Source: a virus (Duplodnaviria; Caudoviricetes). Taken from it: a DNA stretch of 48,922 nt. Positions 35,261 to 43,458 of this stretch are shown here, in pieces. Position numbers and translations under genes: made by a program. The notes under the pieces were generated by a model that saw nothing but the letters and a program-made list of their open reading frames with translations, had not been told where the DNA came from and made no database searches. Location of the stretch: IMG/VR virus record IMGVR_UViG_3300042822_000036, positions 1-48,922 of that record. One strand, written 5' to 3'. How positions within the stretch are numbered: the stretch's first letter is position 1; each line of letters starts with the position of its first letter.

Positions 35261-36705
35261 TACTCGTCCGCCTCGGGCTCAGGCGGTGGCTGTGGCGGCG
35301 GCTGTCCTGGCGGGTTGCCTGGGCCGAGCAGCTGCGGCGGAACGACCGCAGGCTTACCGGCCTCTTCTTCCAGGAGCTCGAGCTCGGCCTGTAGCGCGCG
35401 CTTGCGAACGTCGACGTCGATGGTGCTGAAGTCACCATCTTGGGCAAGTTCGATCGCGGCCTCCTCGGGCAACATGATCAGCGCCGTCACGAGCGCCGCC
35501 ACCGTATCGGCCTTCACCTTCTTGGTCTCCGCGCGCTCCTTGTCGGTCGGCTGCCAGAGCGGCCTGAACACGAGCTTCCAGTTCTCGGGCTCCTTGCCGC
35601 CCGTGGGTCCGGCTTTGGCGAGCATGAACAGCTTGATGAGTCGCTCGAGCCGGGGGCGGAGCACGTCGTTCTGCGCATCCTCCACCGTGTCGTACCAGCT
35701 GCGGATGTCGCTCTCGCCAGTCGCGTTCAGGCCCGCCGGCGAGCGGCCGTACAGCAGGGTCACCGGCATCTCGGCCGCAGCGGCATCGCGCATCATGAAG
35801 CGGTCGAGCATCTCGGGTAGACCTGCGAAGCTGGTCGCAACGCGCTGAAACTCTTCCCGGTCCGCGTCGACCAGGATCGCTCGGCACACCGAGCGCGCCA
35901 TGTCCATCATCTCCATGCGCGTGCGCAGGACGGCTTCGCTGCCGGCTGCGATGAGGTCGACGAGGTTGGCGATCTTGAGCACGCCCTGCGACGCGTCCGC
36001 GACCAAGTGGGCGGTGGACTGCCAGGCCGTGGCGCTCTGCCGAATGCTTTCCTCGGCGCGCTGCAGTACCGAATCATCCCATCCGTCGTCGCTGTACACG
36101 CCGCGAGCGGTGACGGCGCCGGGGAACATGATGAGCCTCGAGCGATGGATGAGCACCTCTTCGGTGGTGGCGACCGAGCTCGTGCGGCGCACCACGTACA
36201 GCTCGGGCTCACCGAAGAATGGATCGCGTACGTCTTCAGACCGCGTGCGCACCTGCAGCTGCGAGCGCTTGAGTACATTCAGAAACGCAATGTCGCGGAT
36301 GCGGTCCTCGGCGAGCGGTTCAGCCGGCTCAAGCCCATCGTCGGCACCGACGAACACCCCACCGCCGCCGTAGAGCCGGCCCCAAATCCAGGCTTCGCGG
36401 AGCTTGGGCAACGCCGACATGTCCTCCAAGCGGCCGATCAGCGCTCGCATGGCCTCGGCGGATTCTTCGCGGCTGAGGCCCTCGAACTCCAGCGTGAAGC
36501 CTCGGCGCGTGGCGTCGCGCGGGAGCCGATCCACGATCTTCGCGGCGAAGGCGTCGTCGTTGTAGAGCGCCTCGAGCTGGCTCTCCTGCAGGCGCAGCCC
36601 CGGCACGATCTGGGCGTGGGAAAGCTTGTCGCGCAAGCCCCCAAGGCCGGTGAGCGCGTTGACCCAGCTATCGGCGCGCTGCACGAGTCGTGCCGCGACG
36701 CTCAT
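35260..36705 (-). CDS. portal protein (DUF1073-like)
   Basis: DSWVNALTGLG, WGRLYGGG, IHRSRLI, PVTLLYGRSPAGLNATGESD, FRPLWQPTDKE; follows the terminase. Confidence 0.88.
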   Translation of the reverse strand: MSVAARLVQRADSWVNALTGLGGLRDKLSHAQIVPGLRLQESQLEALYNDDAFAAKIVDRLPRDATRRGFTLEFEGLSREESAEAMRALIGRLEDMSALPKLREAWIWGRLYGGGGVFVGADDGLEPAEPLAEDRIRDIAFLNVLKRSQLQVRTRSEDVRDPFFGEPELYVVRRTSSVATTEEVLIHRSRLIMFPGAVTARGVYSDDGWDDSVLQRAEESIRQSATAWQSTAHLVADASQGVLKIANLVDLIAAGSEAVLRTRMEMMDMARSVCRAILVDADREEFQRVATSFAGLPEMLDRFMMRDAAAAEMPVTLLYGRSPAGLNATGESDIRSWYDTVEDAQNDVLRPRLERLIKLFMLAKAGPTGGKEPENWKLVFRPLWQPTDKERAETKKVKADTVAALVTALIMLPEEAAIELAQDGDFSTIDVDVRKRALQAELELLEEEAGKPAVVPPQLLGPGNPPGQPPPQPPPEPEADE

Positions 36706-38105
36706 GACTGCATCTCCGCGGCGATGGCATTCATCGCAGACTGGTATGCGAGGACCGCGGAGTTGTGAAGGGCCTGAAACGCCCGGCTACACGCATCCAC
36801 AATGTCGTCGTGGGCAAGGTCTGGAAAGCCTTCAAGTTCGGCGAAGAATGCCTCATTCCAGGGCCCGCAGAGCACATCCACGTTGCCGGCCTCGACCTGA
36901 GTCGAGAACGGCCCGGCATACGTCAGCTTGTCGTGGCGGGCGACCACCGACTCGACCCGGTAGCCCACGAGCACGCTCTTGGTGTGGGTCACGTCCACGA
37001 CGCCGGCCTGCCCGGGGTCCTGCCAGATGCACACCTTGCACGCTTTGCCGTCCTGGCTGGCGATGTTCTGCATGGCGCGGTCGACTTGGTGGGGACTGCC
37101 GCGAAGCGACTCCACGTGCAGCACCACGAAGCGCCCGGCCCGCGTGACGCCCATCTTGACGCCGCGCGTCCAGTCCGGGTCAGGCCGCTCGACCGTCACC
37201 TGCGAGGCGGCTTTATCCCAGGCTCGTACCACCGCCACGAAGTCCGTAGGCGCGGCCTGGATGAGCCGGAACCAGCTCCGCTGGAAGTACAGCCCGGCGG
37301 CGGGCCGGATGCGCCAGTTGCCGCCTTTGCCACTACCGAGCAGCCGTTCCCGCTCGACCTTGGGCATGTCCAACAGCTTCTGGCGGTAGCCGGGGTCCTT
37401 CTCGAGCAAGATCTTGTTGTCGCTGAGGTAGCCGAGGATGAACGTGAAGCTCGTCGGGGGATCGACTCGAAGGGGGTACCGCGCGCGGAGCTCTTCCGGG
37501 CTGTCGCCCCACACGAGGTCATCATCCACGCGGTAGAAGTATCGAATCACGCCGGAGCGCTCGGGCCGGACGTATTCGCCGCGCTCGTCCAAGTACCACG
37601 CGATCATGTCTTTGACCCAGCTATCGGGGTCGGGGTTCATGGTGGCGCGAATGTAGGCCCGGACGCCGCTCACCGAGCGATTGCGCGAGTACAGGTACCA
37701 GAACTGCGACTTGAGAAAATGCGGCAGCTCGTCAAAGCCGATGAGCGCGTAGCCCTTGCCCTGGTGCTTGAGCTTGTCGCGGTCGAGCTGCAGGTGGTCG
37801 AGCCAGACGCTCGCCCCGCTCGGAAATATGCACCTGCAAGGGTTCTGCGTGAGCCGGCCGCCGAGCAGCGGATACCACTCGGTCATGAGCTCCCAGAGCG
37901 AGCCAGGACCGAAGAGCTCTGGGCTCGTGCGCCGGAAGATGATCGCGCCAAACCCTCGCACGTCGTGGTTGCGCAGAGCCTCGAGCACGAGGCCACCCGA
38001 CTTGCCCGAGCCCGCCTCGCCGCCGTAAAACGCGATGTCGGCAGTGCTGGCGAGAAAGCGCTCTTGCGAACCCGGCTGCGGGCGAATCTCAATCGCCGCG
38101 TTCAC
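36702..38105 (-). CDS. terL: terminase large subunit
   Basis: YGGEAGSGKS Walker A, IGFDELPHF Walker B, ATMNPDPDSW, RAWDKA, QDPGQAG, HDDIVDA nuclease motifs. Confidence 0.93.
   Translation of the reverse strand: MNAAIEIRPQPGSQERFLASTADIAFYGGEAGSGKSGGLVLEALRNHDVRGFGAIIFRRTSPELFGPGSLWELMTEWYPLLGGRLTQNPCRCIFPSGASVWLDHLQLDRDKLKHQGKGYALIGFDELPHFLKSQFWYLYSRNRSVSGVRAYIRATMNPDPDSWVKDMIAWYLDERGEYVRPERSGVIRYFYRVDDDLVWGDSPEELRARYPLRVDPPTSFTFILGYLSDNKILLEKDPGYRQKLLDMPKVERERLLGSGKGGNWRIRPAAGLYFQRSWFRLIQAAPTDFVAVVRAWDKAASQVTVERPDPDWTRGVKMGVTRAGRFVVLHVESLRGSPHQVDRAMQNIASQDGKACKVCIWQDPGQAGVVDVTHTKSVLVGYRVESVVARHDKLTYAGPFSTQVEAGNVDVLCGPWNEAFFAELEGFPDLAHDDIVDACSRAFQALHNSAVLAYQSAMNAIAAEMQS
36741..36770 (-). promoter_or_regulatory. 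putative late promoter, copy 3 (inside terL 3' end, upstream of portal)
   Basis: C-TTCACA-N10-CCTCGCATACCAG, same spacing as the other two copies. Confidence 0.55.
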
Positions 38106-38656
38106 TTGGGGTCCTTGGCATCGGGCTCGAGCTCGGGCCGGCGACCGTTGTCGGGCAGGTAGAAGCGTACATCGGCCCTACCCTCGACGCGCACATCGTG
38201 GCGCTCGACGAACATGCCGAGGTGTTTGCCAAGGGCGTTCAGGGCGTCGGTCTTGCTGTGGAGCTTCAGCGCCACCGACTTCTTGCCGTCGCCGGTCGCG
38301 AACATCCGCACCTCGGCAATCGCGGCGAGCTCGTCAGGGGTGCGCTCGCTGGATGGCTTGAGGTCGACGCCGTCGGGCCCAAAGCTTAGGAAGTCGGTGA
38401 TGTTGGCCCGCGCGATCTTGCAATACTCGCGCACCACGTCGTCGATCCGCATCTCGAGCCGCTGGGCCACGTCGGTCATGCGCTTGCTGAGCTCGTGCTG
38501 CACGTGCGGCTTGCCCAGGAGCTGGCACGCGATCTCCTTTGCGGTGCGCGGGCTGAACCCGGCCCGTACTGCAGCGGCCGTACCGTTCATGTCGAGTAGG
38601 TACTCGAGCACGAAGCGCTTTTGCTTGGCGGTAAGACCTTTCTTTTTAGCGCCCAT
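38102..38656 (-). CDS. terS: terminase small subunit
   Basis: LTAKQKRFVLEYLLDMNGTAAAVRAGFS, KLHSKTDALNALGKHLGMF. Confidence 0.9.
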   Translation of the reverse strand: MGAKKKGLTAKQKRFVLEYLLDMNGTAAAVRAGFSPRTAKEIACQLLGKPHVQHELSKRMTDVAQRLEMRIDDVVREYCKIARANITDFLSFGPDGVDLKPSSERTPDELAAIAEVRMFATGDGKKSVALKLHSKTDALNALGKHLGMFVERHDVRVEGRADVRFYLPDNGRRPELEPDAKDPK

Positions 38657-39035
38657 ATTCGGCCTCAAACCCGAGCGCGTCGATGGCGCGCAGCCTGCAC
38701 CGGTTGCAACACCGAGGCCGGTGGTGCTGCCAGGTGGTCCATTTCAGGGTGCGCCGCTGGCCGCAGGTGCATTGCACGAGCACATAGCGCTCGCGCCGCC
38801 CATCAGGGCGCACTCGGTGGCTCTTTTGCAATACGCGGAACTGCGGCTCGCTGTGGGCTGTGGATTTGGAAGCCGCGTGGGCAAATGAGAGCACACAGGC
38901 GCGGCAGAGACCGGCGTAGCGTCTGAGCCGCTCGAGCGGGCTGCCGCACTTCTGGCAATCGGTGGGCCGCGTCGGCACCGGCTGCATTGCACGGCGTTCG
39001 CCGTTCGAGTCGAGACCGTAGAGTGTGGGTTTCAT
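38646..39035 (-). CDS. hypothetical Zn-finger protein
   Basis: CQKC, CRAC, CTCG, CNRC motifs. Confidence 0.6.
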   Translation of the reverse strand: MKPTLYGLDSNGERRAMQPVPTRPTDCQKCGSPLERLRRYAGLCRACVLSFAHAASKSTAHSEPQFRVLQKSHRVRPDGRRERYVLVQCTCGQRRTLKWTTWQHHRPRCCNRCRLRAIDALGFEAEYGR

Positions 39036-39080
39036 GGTACTGCCTCCCGCGTGAATCGCTGTCCCGCGCCAGCGCTGCGT

Positions 39081-39572
39081 TCATAACCCAAGCTCCATCT
39101 GCACCGCCGGCACGCGCCGCACCGGCACCACCTCCCCCTCAAACCTCTGCGCGAGTCCCGCATGCCCGATCTGCCGGAGCGTGGCTGCCGTGTCGGCCCG
39201 CACCAGCTTGAGCGGGCGCTGCCACCACCATTCATGCCCAATGCGGAGCCGGCGGATGCCGTAGCGCACCCGGTCGCGCCGAATGCGCCGCAGCACCCAT
39301 GCCCGCGTGGCCGGGGACTCGTGGGCGTGCCGCTCGGCGTACTCGGTGAACCACTCCTCGGCCGTTCGGGCTGGCACCGGGCAAGGCCGCTGGGCGAGCA
39401 GCTGGGCGTCGAGCTCGGCGAGCATGGCGCGCTCGGCGTCGGTCAGCTCGCGGCGAGTAGTGGGCCGGACGTAGCCGGGGCGCTCGAGCACGAGGTCGCC
39501 ACCGCCGAACTCGATGCGGCATGCGCCGAGCGCGCACCAGCGGAGCAAGTCGTCCATGCGGTAGCGCGTCAT
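39081..39572 (-). CDS. hypothetical protein
   Basis: Start MTRYRMDDLL, ATGA-coupled. Confidence 0.55.
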   Translation of the reverse strand: MTRYRMDDLLRWCALGACRIEFGGGDLVLERPGYVRPTTRRELTDAERAMLAELDAQLLAQRPCPVPARTAEEWFTEYAERHAHESPATRAWVLRRIRRDRVRYGIRRLRIGHEWWWQRPLKLVRADTAATLRQIGHAGLAQRFEGEVVPVRRVPAVQMELGL

Positions 39573-40108
39573 TCGGCCGCCTCCGCCGTGGTTTCGGGTA
39601 TCGGTGCAAGGTGCCCGGTCCGCACCTGCGCGTACGTCAGTGGGCAGCGACGGAACTCGAGCTTGATCCAATCCAGGTCCGTGTTTGCGATGCGCGCCCA
39701 ACCGCCCTCGTAGCCACTTTCATCCCAAAGCCGAATGACGGGATGGTATGCGGCCTCTTGGCTACTTCGCAGGACGTCGATGTAGCGCATGGCTTCCCGC
39801 AGTTCTCGCCGGCTTGCGTCATCGTCCCTGAGCCGTGCATAGCCTCCCGCAACGAACGCTTTGTAGACGCTACACACCGGGCATGCCGCGGCTGTCTCGT
39901 CCGGACAGCGCAGGTAGCCCGGCGGCGGACTCGGACAGCGCAGGTCCAAGCCATGGCGCTCGTTCGGCTTCTTGGGCACGAGCCGGTCGCGTCGGCCGCA
40001 AGCTCGGCAAGAGAAGAACTCGGCCGAATCGGTGAGCCCGTTGTCGGTCCAGCAGTGGGTGCACATGTAGTCGCCTGCACGGACCTTCTCACGCGCCTGC
40101 TTGGCCAT
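39569..40108 (-). CDS. hypothetical Zn-binding protein
   Basis: CTHC, CRAC, CPVC motifs; start MAKQARE. Confidence 0.6.
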   Translation of the reverse strand: MAKQAREKVRAGDYMCTHCWTDNGLTDSAEFFSCRACGRRDRLVPKKPNERHGLDLRCPSPPPGYLRCPDETAAACPVCSVYKAFVAGGYARLRDDDASRRELREAMRYIDVLRSSQEAAYHPVIRLWDESGYEGGWARIANTDLDWIKLEFRRCPLTYAQVRTGHLAPIPETTAEAAE

Positions 40109-40110
40109 CG

Positions 40111-40317
40111 CTACCCCCGTTCGTCTTCGAGCGGATCGTCCTCGCCCATCCCCATGAGCTCCGCTCCACCACCGCCACGCCTGATGCCAACGAGCCACCC
40201 CGCCGCGCGCCAAGTGAGCTCGTAGAATGCCCCCGCCGCGCAAAGCATGCTGATGCCCGTGAGCAGCCCAAGGCCGAGCGCGAGTCGCAAGCAACTGCGG
40301 TACTGCGAACGGGCCAT
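40111..40317 (-). CDS. small membrane protein
   Basis: LALGLGLLTGISMLCAAGAFY hydrophobic helix. Confidence 0.5.
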   Translation of the reverse strand: MARSQYRSCLRLALGLGLLTGISMLCAAGAFYELTWRAAGWLVGIRRGGGGAELMGMGEDDPLEDERG

Positions 40318-40318
40318 G

Positions 40319-40483
40319 TCACGGTAGCCTCCACCCGAACGCCGCAGCCAGTAGCAAGAGCGTGCCGATCAGCGCCAGCACCCAACCGACCGCATTGGTG
40401 AACGCCGGCGGATGCTGCGCCTTGCCCACCCACGCTGCAATCACCAGCCCTACTGCAATGAACGCTCCTGCTTCTGCTCCCAT
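40319..40483 (-). CDS. small 2-TM membrane protein
   Basis: MGAEAGAFIAVGLVIAAWVG...VGWVLALIGTLLLLAAAFGW; GGAGG SD. Confidence 0.6.
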   Translation of the reverse strand: MGAEAGAFIAVGLVIAAWVGKAQHPPAFTNAVGWVLALIGTLLLLAAAFGWRLP

Positions 40484-40493
40484 GACGTACCTC

Positions 40494-40907
40494 CTAGCCC
40501 CACTCGGGCAGCTGTGATTGCTGAAACTTGCGCTTGGCGTCACGGGCGAGACTCGCGCAGTTCTGGCCGCACACCGAGCGCTGGATGTCGCCGAATATCC
40601 GGTCACTGCGCGGGATGGTATTGGCTGGCAACGGACTGCCGCACCCCAAGCACAACCGCGGCCGGCGGTGGAGCTGGGTTGGCTTTGCCACCACCTGCAC
40701 CAGCGGCACGTCTGCAACGCGCTTGCCTTTGGCGTGCATGGCGCCAATGGGACAGGTGCGGCAACAGCAGCCAGTAATGCCTTCGACCATGGGCCGAGTA
40801 CTACCCTTGCCTGCGAAGCTCTTGTGCCGCGCGGCGCAGCTCCGGCGGCTGATGCGCCCGTGCAGGTGCGCGCAGTCGAACACCTCGGCGAGCTCGAGCC
40901 TGGTCAT
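40494..40907 (-). CDS. hypothetical Cys-rich protein
   Basis: CRTCPIG, CLGCG, CGQNC motifs. Confidence 0.55.
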   Translation of the reverse strand: MTRLELAEVFDCAHLHGRISRRSCAARHKSFAGKGSTRPMVEGITGCCCRTCPIGAMHAKGKRVADVPLVQVVAKPTQLHRRPRLCLGCGSPLPANTIPRSDRIFGDIQRSVCGQNCASLARDAKRKFQQSQLPEWG

Positions 40908-41056
40908 AGCCGCCCCGTCAGAAACAGGATCAACAATATCAAGAGCAGTAGCCCGGCCGGTGACCACCCGGCCCAGCCATACGTCGTCGACGTTATCCCG
41001 CCGCCGAACACAGCAAGCACCAGCAGGATGACTAGGATGATGGTGAGTGTGTTCAT
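40904..41056 (-). CDS. small membrane protein (DUF3309-like)
   Basis: IILVILLVLAVFGG...GWSPAGLLLLILLILFLTGRL. Confidence 0.65.
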   Translation of the reverse strand: MNTLTIILVILLVLAVFGGGITSTTYGWAGWSPAGLLLLILLILFLTGRL

Positions 41057-41057
41057 G

Positions 41058-41465
41058 TCACGCAGCCCTTTCGGCAACACGCCTCGCGCGGGCCTTGTGC
41101 TCCGCCTTGCGCCACTTCGGCCGCATCCGTTCACACCACGCGCGATACCGCACCGGATCGGCTCGGCGGCGGGCGCGGTGCTTCGCGCACTGCTGCCGGT
41201 TGTACGCGCGCCAACCCGCTATACCCAGCGCCTGCTTCTTCCGCGCTCGATGCAGTGCGCAGGCTTGCCGGTTGTATGCGCTCCAACCCGCCGTACCCAG
41301 CCTGAGCTTCTTGAGCAAGTGCTTGCCGCGGACGCGCTCCCGAGCCGCGGCTGCCCTGTACTCGGCCCGCATCGCGAGGGCCATGCGGACATCCTCGCGA
41401 CGAAACGACAGCGTGTCGAACTCCGCCCCGATCTCAGCTCGCAAGCTCGTGTCATCCCATCCCAT
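41058..41465 (-). CDS. basic helical protein with internal repeat
   Basis: LGTAGWSAYNRQAC / LGIAGWRAYNRQQC duplication. Confidence 0.55.
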   Translation of the reverse strand: MGWDDTSLRAEIGAEFDTLSFRREDVRMALAMRAEYRAAAARERVRGKHLLKKLRLGTAGWSAYNRQACALHRARKKQALGIAGWRAYNRQQCAKHRARRRADPVRYRAWCERMRPKWRKAEHKARARRVAERAA

Positions 41466-41466
41466 G

Positions 41467-41688
41467 TCACACCATCCTTTCGCTAGAAGGCAAAGCCCCG
41501 CCCGGGTGTCCACTCCCGAGCGGGGCCGCTCCCCGCGCGTACTGCACCGAGCGACAGGAGGGCCGCTCGGCTGCGCCAGAGTCTTGTCGCGCCCGCCGCT
41601 CGGTGAACAGAGCGAACCCGAGCGCGACCAGCAGCGCCACGACCAGGAGCAGAATGAAGGCTTCGAGGTGGTGCTGGCGGTGGGCCAT
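41467..41688 (-). CDS. small single-TM protein
   Basis: AFILLLVVALLVALGFALF helix. Confidence 0.5.
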   Translation of the reverse strand: MAHRQHHLEAFILLLVVALLVALGFALFTERRARQDSGAAERPSCRSVQYARGAAPLGSGHPGGALPSSERMV

Positions 41689-42101
41689 CAGTTGCCGGGT
41701 CCCTTGGGCGATGGCGGTGGGGCGATGGGTCGCTCCAGCAGAGGCCCTCGCTCGTCGCCGATGAACCGGACGGGCTGAATGACCTCGGGGCCCGGCGGCG
41801 CCATGCTGACCGGCTTCATGGACGCCATGGACGTCCCGGCCTTCGCGATCGGCTGGTTGCTCGGCAGCGGCCCGATCACCACGCGAGGCAGCACTCGCCG
41901 AGCAGCGTCGAGGGCGACGATCAGCCAGTCGAGCCCCGATGCCAGTCGGGTGACCGCCTCGTCGTCGGCCTTGGTGGTCGTCTTGGCGGCGATTGCGGAC
42001 AGCGCCGGGATGAGGACTCGGATCGCCATCGCAGCTGCGGTGGTGGTGGCAAGCACCGTGAGCGCGGCCTCGGATGGGTTGGCGAGTATCCAGTCGATCA
42101 T
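41688..42101 (-). CDS. membrane protein, possibly holin-like
   Basis: MIDWILAN, hydrophobic helix, KTTTKADDEAV, second amphipathic helix. Confidence 0.5.
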   Translation of the reverse strand: MIDWILANPSEAALTVLATTTAAAMAIRVLIPALSAIAAKTTTKADDEAVTRLASGLDWLIVALDAARRVLPRVVIGPLPSNQPIAKAGTSMASMKPVSMAPPGPEVIQPVRFIGDERGPLLERPIAPPPSPKGPGN

Positions 42102-42361
42102 TTTTCATCGCTCCTCTCGTCGAGCTGCTGGCGCGCGAGCTCGGTCTGTCGCTCTTGCAGTTGCCGTGCGCGCTCGCGGTCGATGCCGTCAAAGAGCCCG
42201 GCGACGAACCTGTCCTTGCCGATCGGCGGGTGGACCACGATGGCGGGCTTCTGCTGGGTGAGGCGCTGCTTGGCCGAGGTGAGTGCGCGCTTGGCCACGT
42301 CGACGAGCACTTCGCCGGCGGCCTCGACGAACAACTTGGCCACTGCGCCGGCGATGCTCAT
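42098..42361 (-). CDS. hypothetical protein
   Basis: ATGA-coupled ORF. Confidence 0.55.
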   Translation of the reverse strand: MSIAGAVAKLFVEAAGEVLVDVAKRALTSAKQRLTQQKPAIVVHPPIGKDRFVAGLFDGIDRERARQLQERQTELARQQLDERSDEK

Positions 42362-42630
42362 AGGCGGTGCTCCCGGCAGTAGTGGTCGAAGTCCTCGGCC
42401 ACCGCGTCCGCGATGTTGCGTGCCACTTGCCGCGCGTGGTCTGCGTCCTGGTGGTCACGCACCTCGCCATTCAGGCGCAGCCCGGTGAACTCGGCCGCGT
42501 AGGCTCGCGTCCAAAGCTCAGCGCGCAGCCGGCCTTTGGTGCGGCAGTCGTCGAGCCGATGTGTCTGCTCGTGCGCGACACGCTCGAGCTCGGCAAGGTG
42601 CGCCACGACGCCGCCTTGTTCGTCGGTCAT
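42358..42630 (-). CDS. hypothetical protein
   Basis: ATGA-coupled ORF. Confidence 0.55.
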   Translation of the reverse strand: MTDEQGGVVAHLAELERVAHEQTHRLDDCRTKGRLRAELWTRAYAAEFTGLRLNGEVRDHQDADHARQVARNIADAVAEDFDHYCREHRL

Positions 42631-42944
42631 GGCCCCGCCTTCCGCGCCGCCGCCGTGCGCTTCATTCCCGCGGCCTTGCGGGCGAGGCTCTCGAGCGTGT
42701 CGGTGTGCAGCGCCGCGAGGCTGCGCAGGTCGCCGCCCTGCAGCAGCTTGCGGGTCACCTGGTCGAGCACGGTAATCTCGCGCTCAGTGAACGACTGCGC
42801 GGCGCCCAGGTGCGGGGTGTGGCGCCGGAACGTACCGCCGTCGTTCGAGGGACAGCGCCACTCGTTCTCGGGACCTGTGCCGCGGTGGAAGCCCCATGGC
42901 TCCCCGCAGCGTTTGCACTTGGTGTTGAGGCGGGGCTTCCTCAT
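42627..42944 (-). CDS. hypothetical protein
   Basis: Start MRKPRLNTKCKRC; coupled on both sides. Confidence 0.55.
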   Translation of the reverse strand: MRKPRLNTKCKRCGEPWGFHRGTGPENEWRCPSNDGGTFRRHTPHLGAAQSFTEREITVLDQVTRKLLQGGDLRSLAALHTDTLESLARKAAGMKRTAAARKAGP

Positions 42945-43162
42945 AGCCGATTCTCCTCCGCTGCGCGCTCGAGGTCCGCAGCGGCCATTGCTTCGAGCGT
43001 CGCGGTCATGGCCCCGATGCTGTTCGCGCGCCGTGGATTGCCCTCGTCGCGCAGGCGCTGGGCGAGCAACTCGAGCGCGGAGTGCGCCTCGCGGTAGTGG
43101 CCGAGCAGCCGGCGGGCGCGCGAGTCGTGGGCGTGGCGAACGGATAACTCGGTGAAGCTCAT
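42941..43162 (-). CDS. hypothetical protein
   Basis: ATGA-coupled ORF. Confidence 0.55.
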   Translation of the reverse strand: MSFTELSVRHAHDSRARRLLGHYREAHSALELLAQRLRDEGNPRRANSIGAMTATLEAMAAADLERAAEENRL

Positions 43163-43458
43163 GCCGGCACCTCAGCGGCGACGAACGCGTCGTAGTCCAC
43201 GACCGCCTCGAGCGCTGCGATCTTGGCCGCTGTCCGGCACTCCGGGGCGAGCTCACCGCGCATGGTCGATGTGCCGAGCTTTGTCAGGTACGCCGCGCAC
43301 CACAGCTGCCGCCGGGTGTCAGCGCCGGTGGTTGCGGCTTGGCACTCCACATAGTCCGAGAGCGCGTCGACCGCGTCGATGATCATGCTCTCCGACGGTG
43401 TGATCGGTTCCTTCTCGGCCTCGGACAGGCGCAGCCGGATGAGCTCGAGGAGCGTCAT
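43159..43458 (-). CDS. hypothetical protein
   Basis: Start MTLLELIRL overlapping the MTase stop. Confidence 0.55.
   Translation of the reverse strand: MTLLELIRLRLSEAEKEPITPSESMIIDAVDALSDYVECQAATTGADTRRQLWCAAYLTKLGTSTMRGELAPECRTAAKIAALEAVVDYDAFVAAEVPA

Noticed and set aside
35260-36705. Anti-CBASS Acb1 (a label often attached to DUF1073 proteins)
   Set aside because: Size, motifs and position between terL and MuF fit a portal; no phosphoesterase extension seen.
36765-38162. 465-aa plus-strand ORF
   Set aside because: Antisense shadow of terL.
39741-39770. Fourth copy of the late promoter (GCCGCATACCATCC)
   Set aside because: Partial core match inside a CDS with no TTGAC-like element at the conserved distance.
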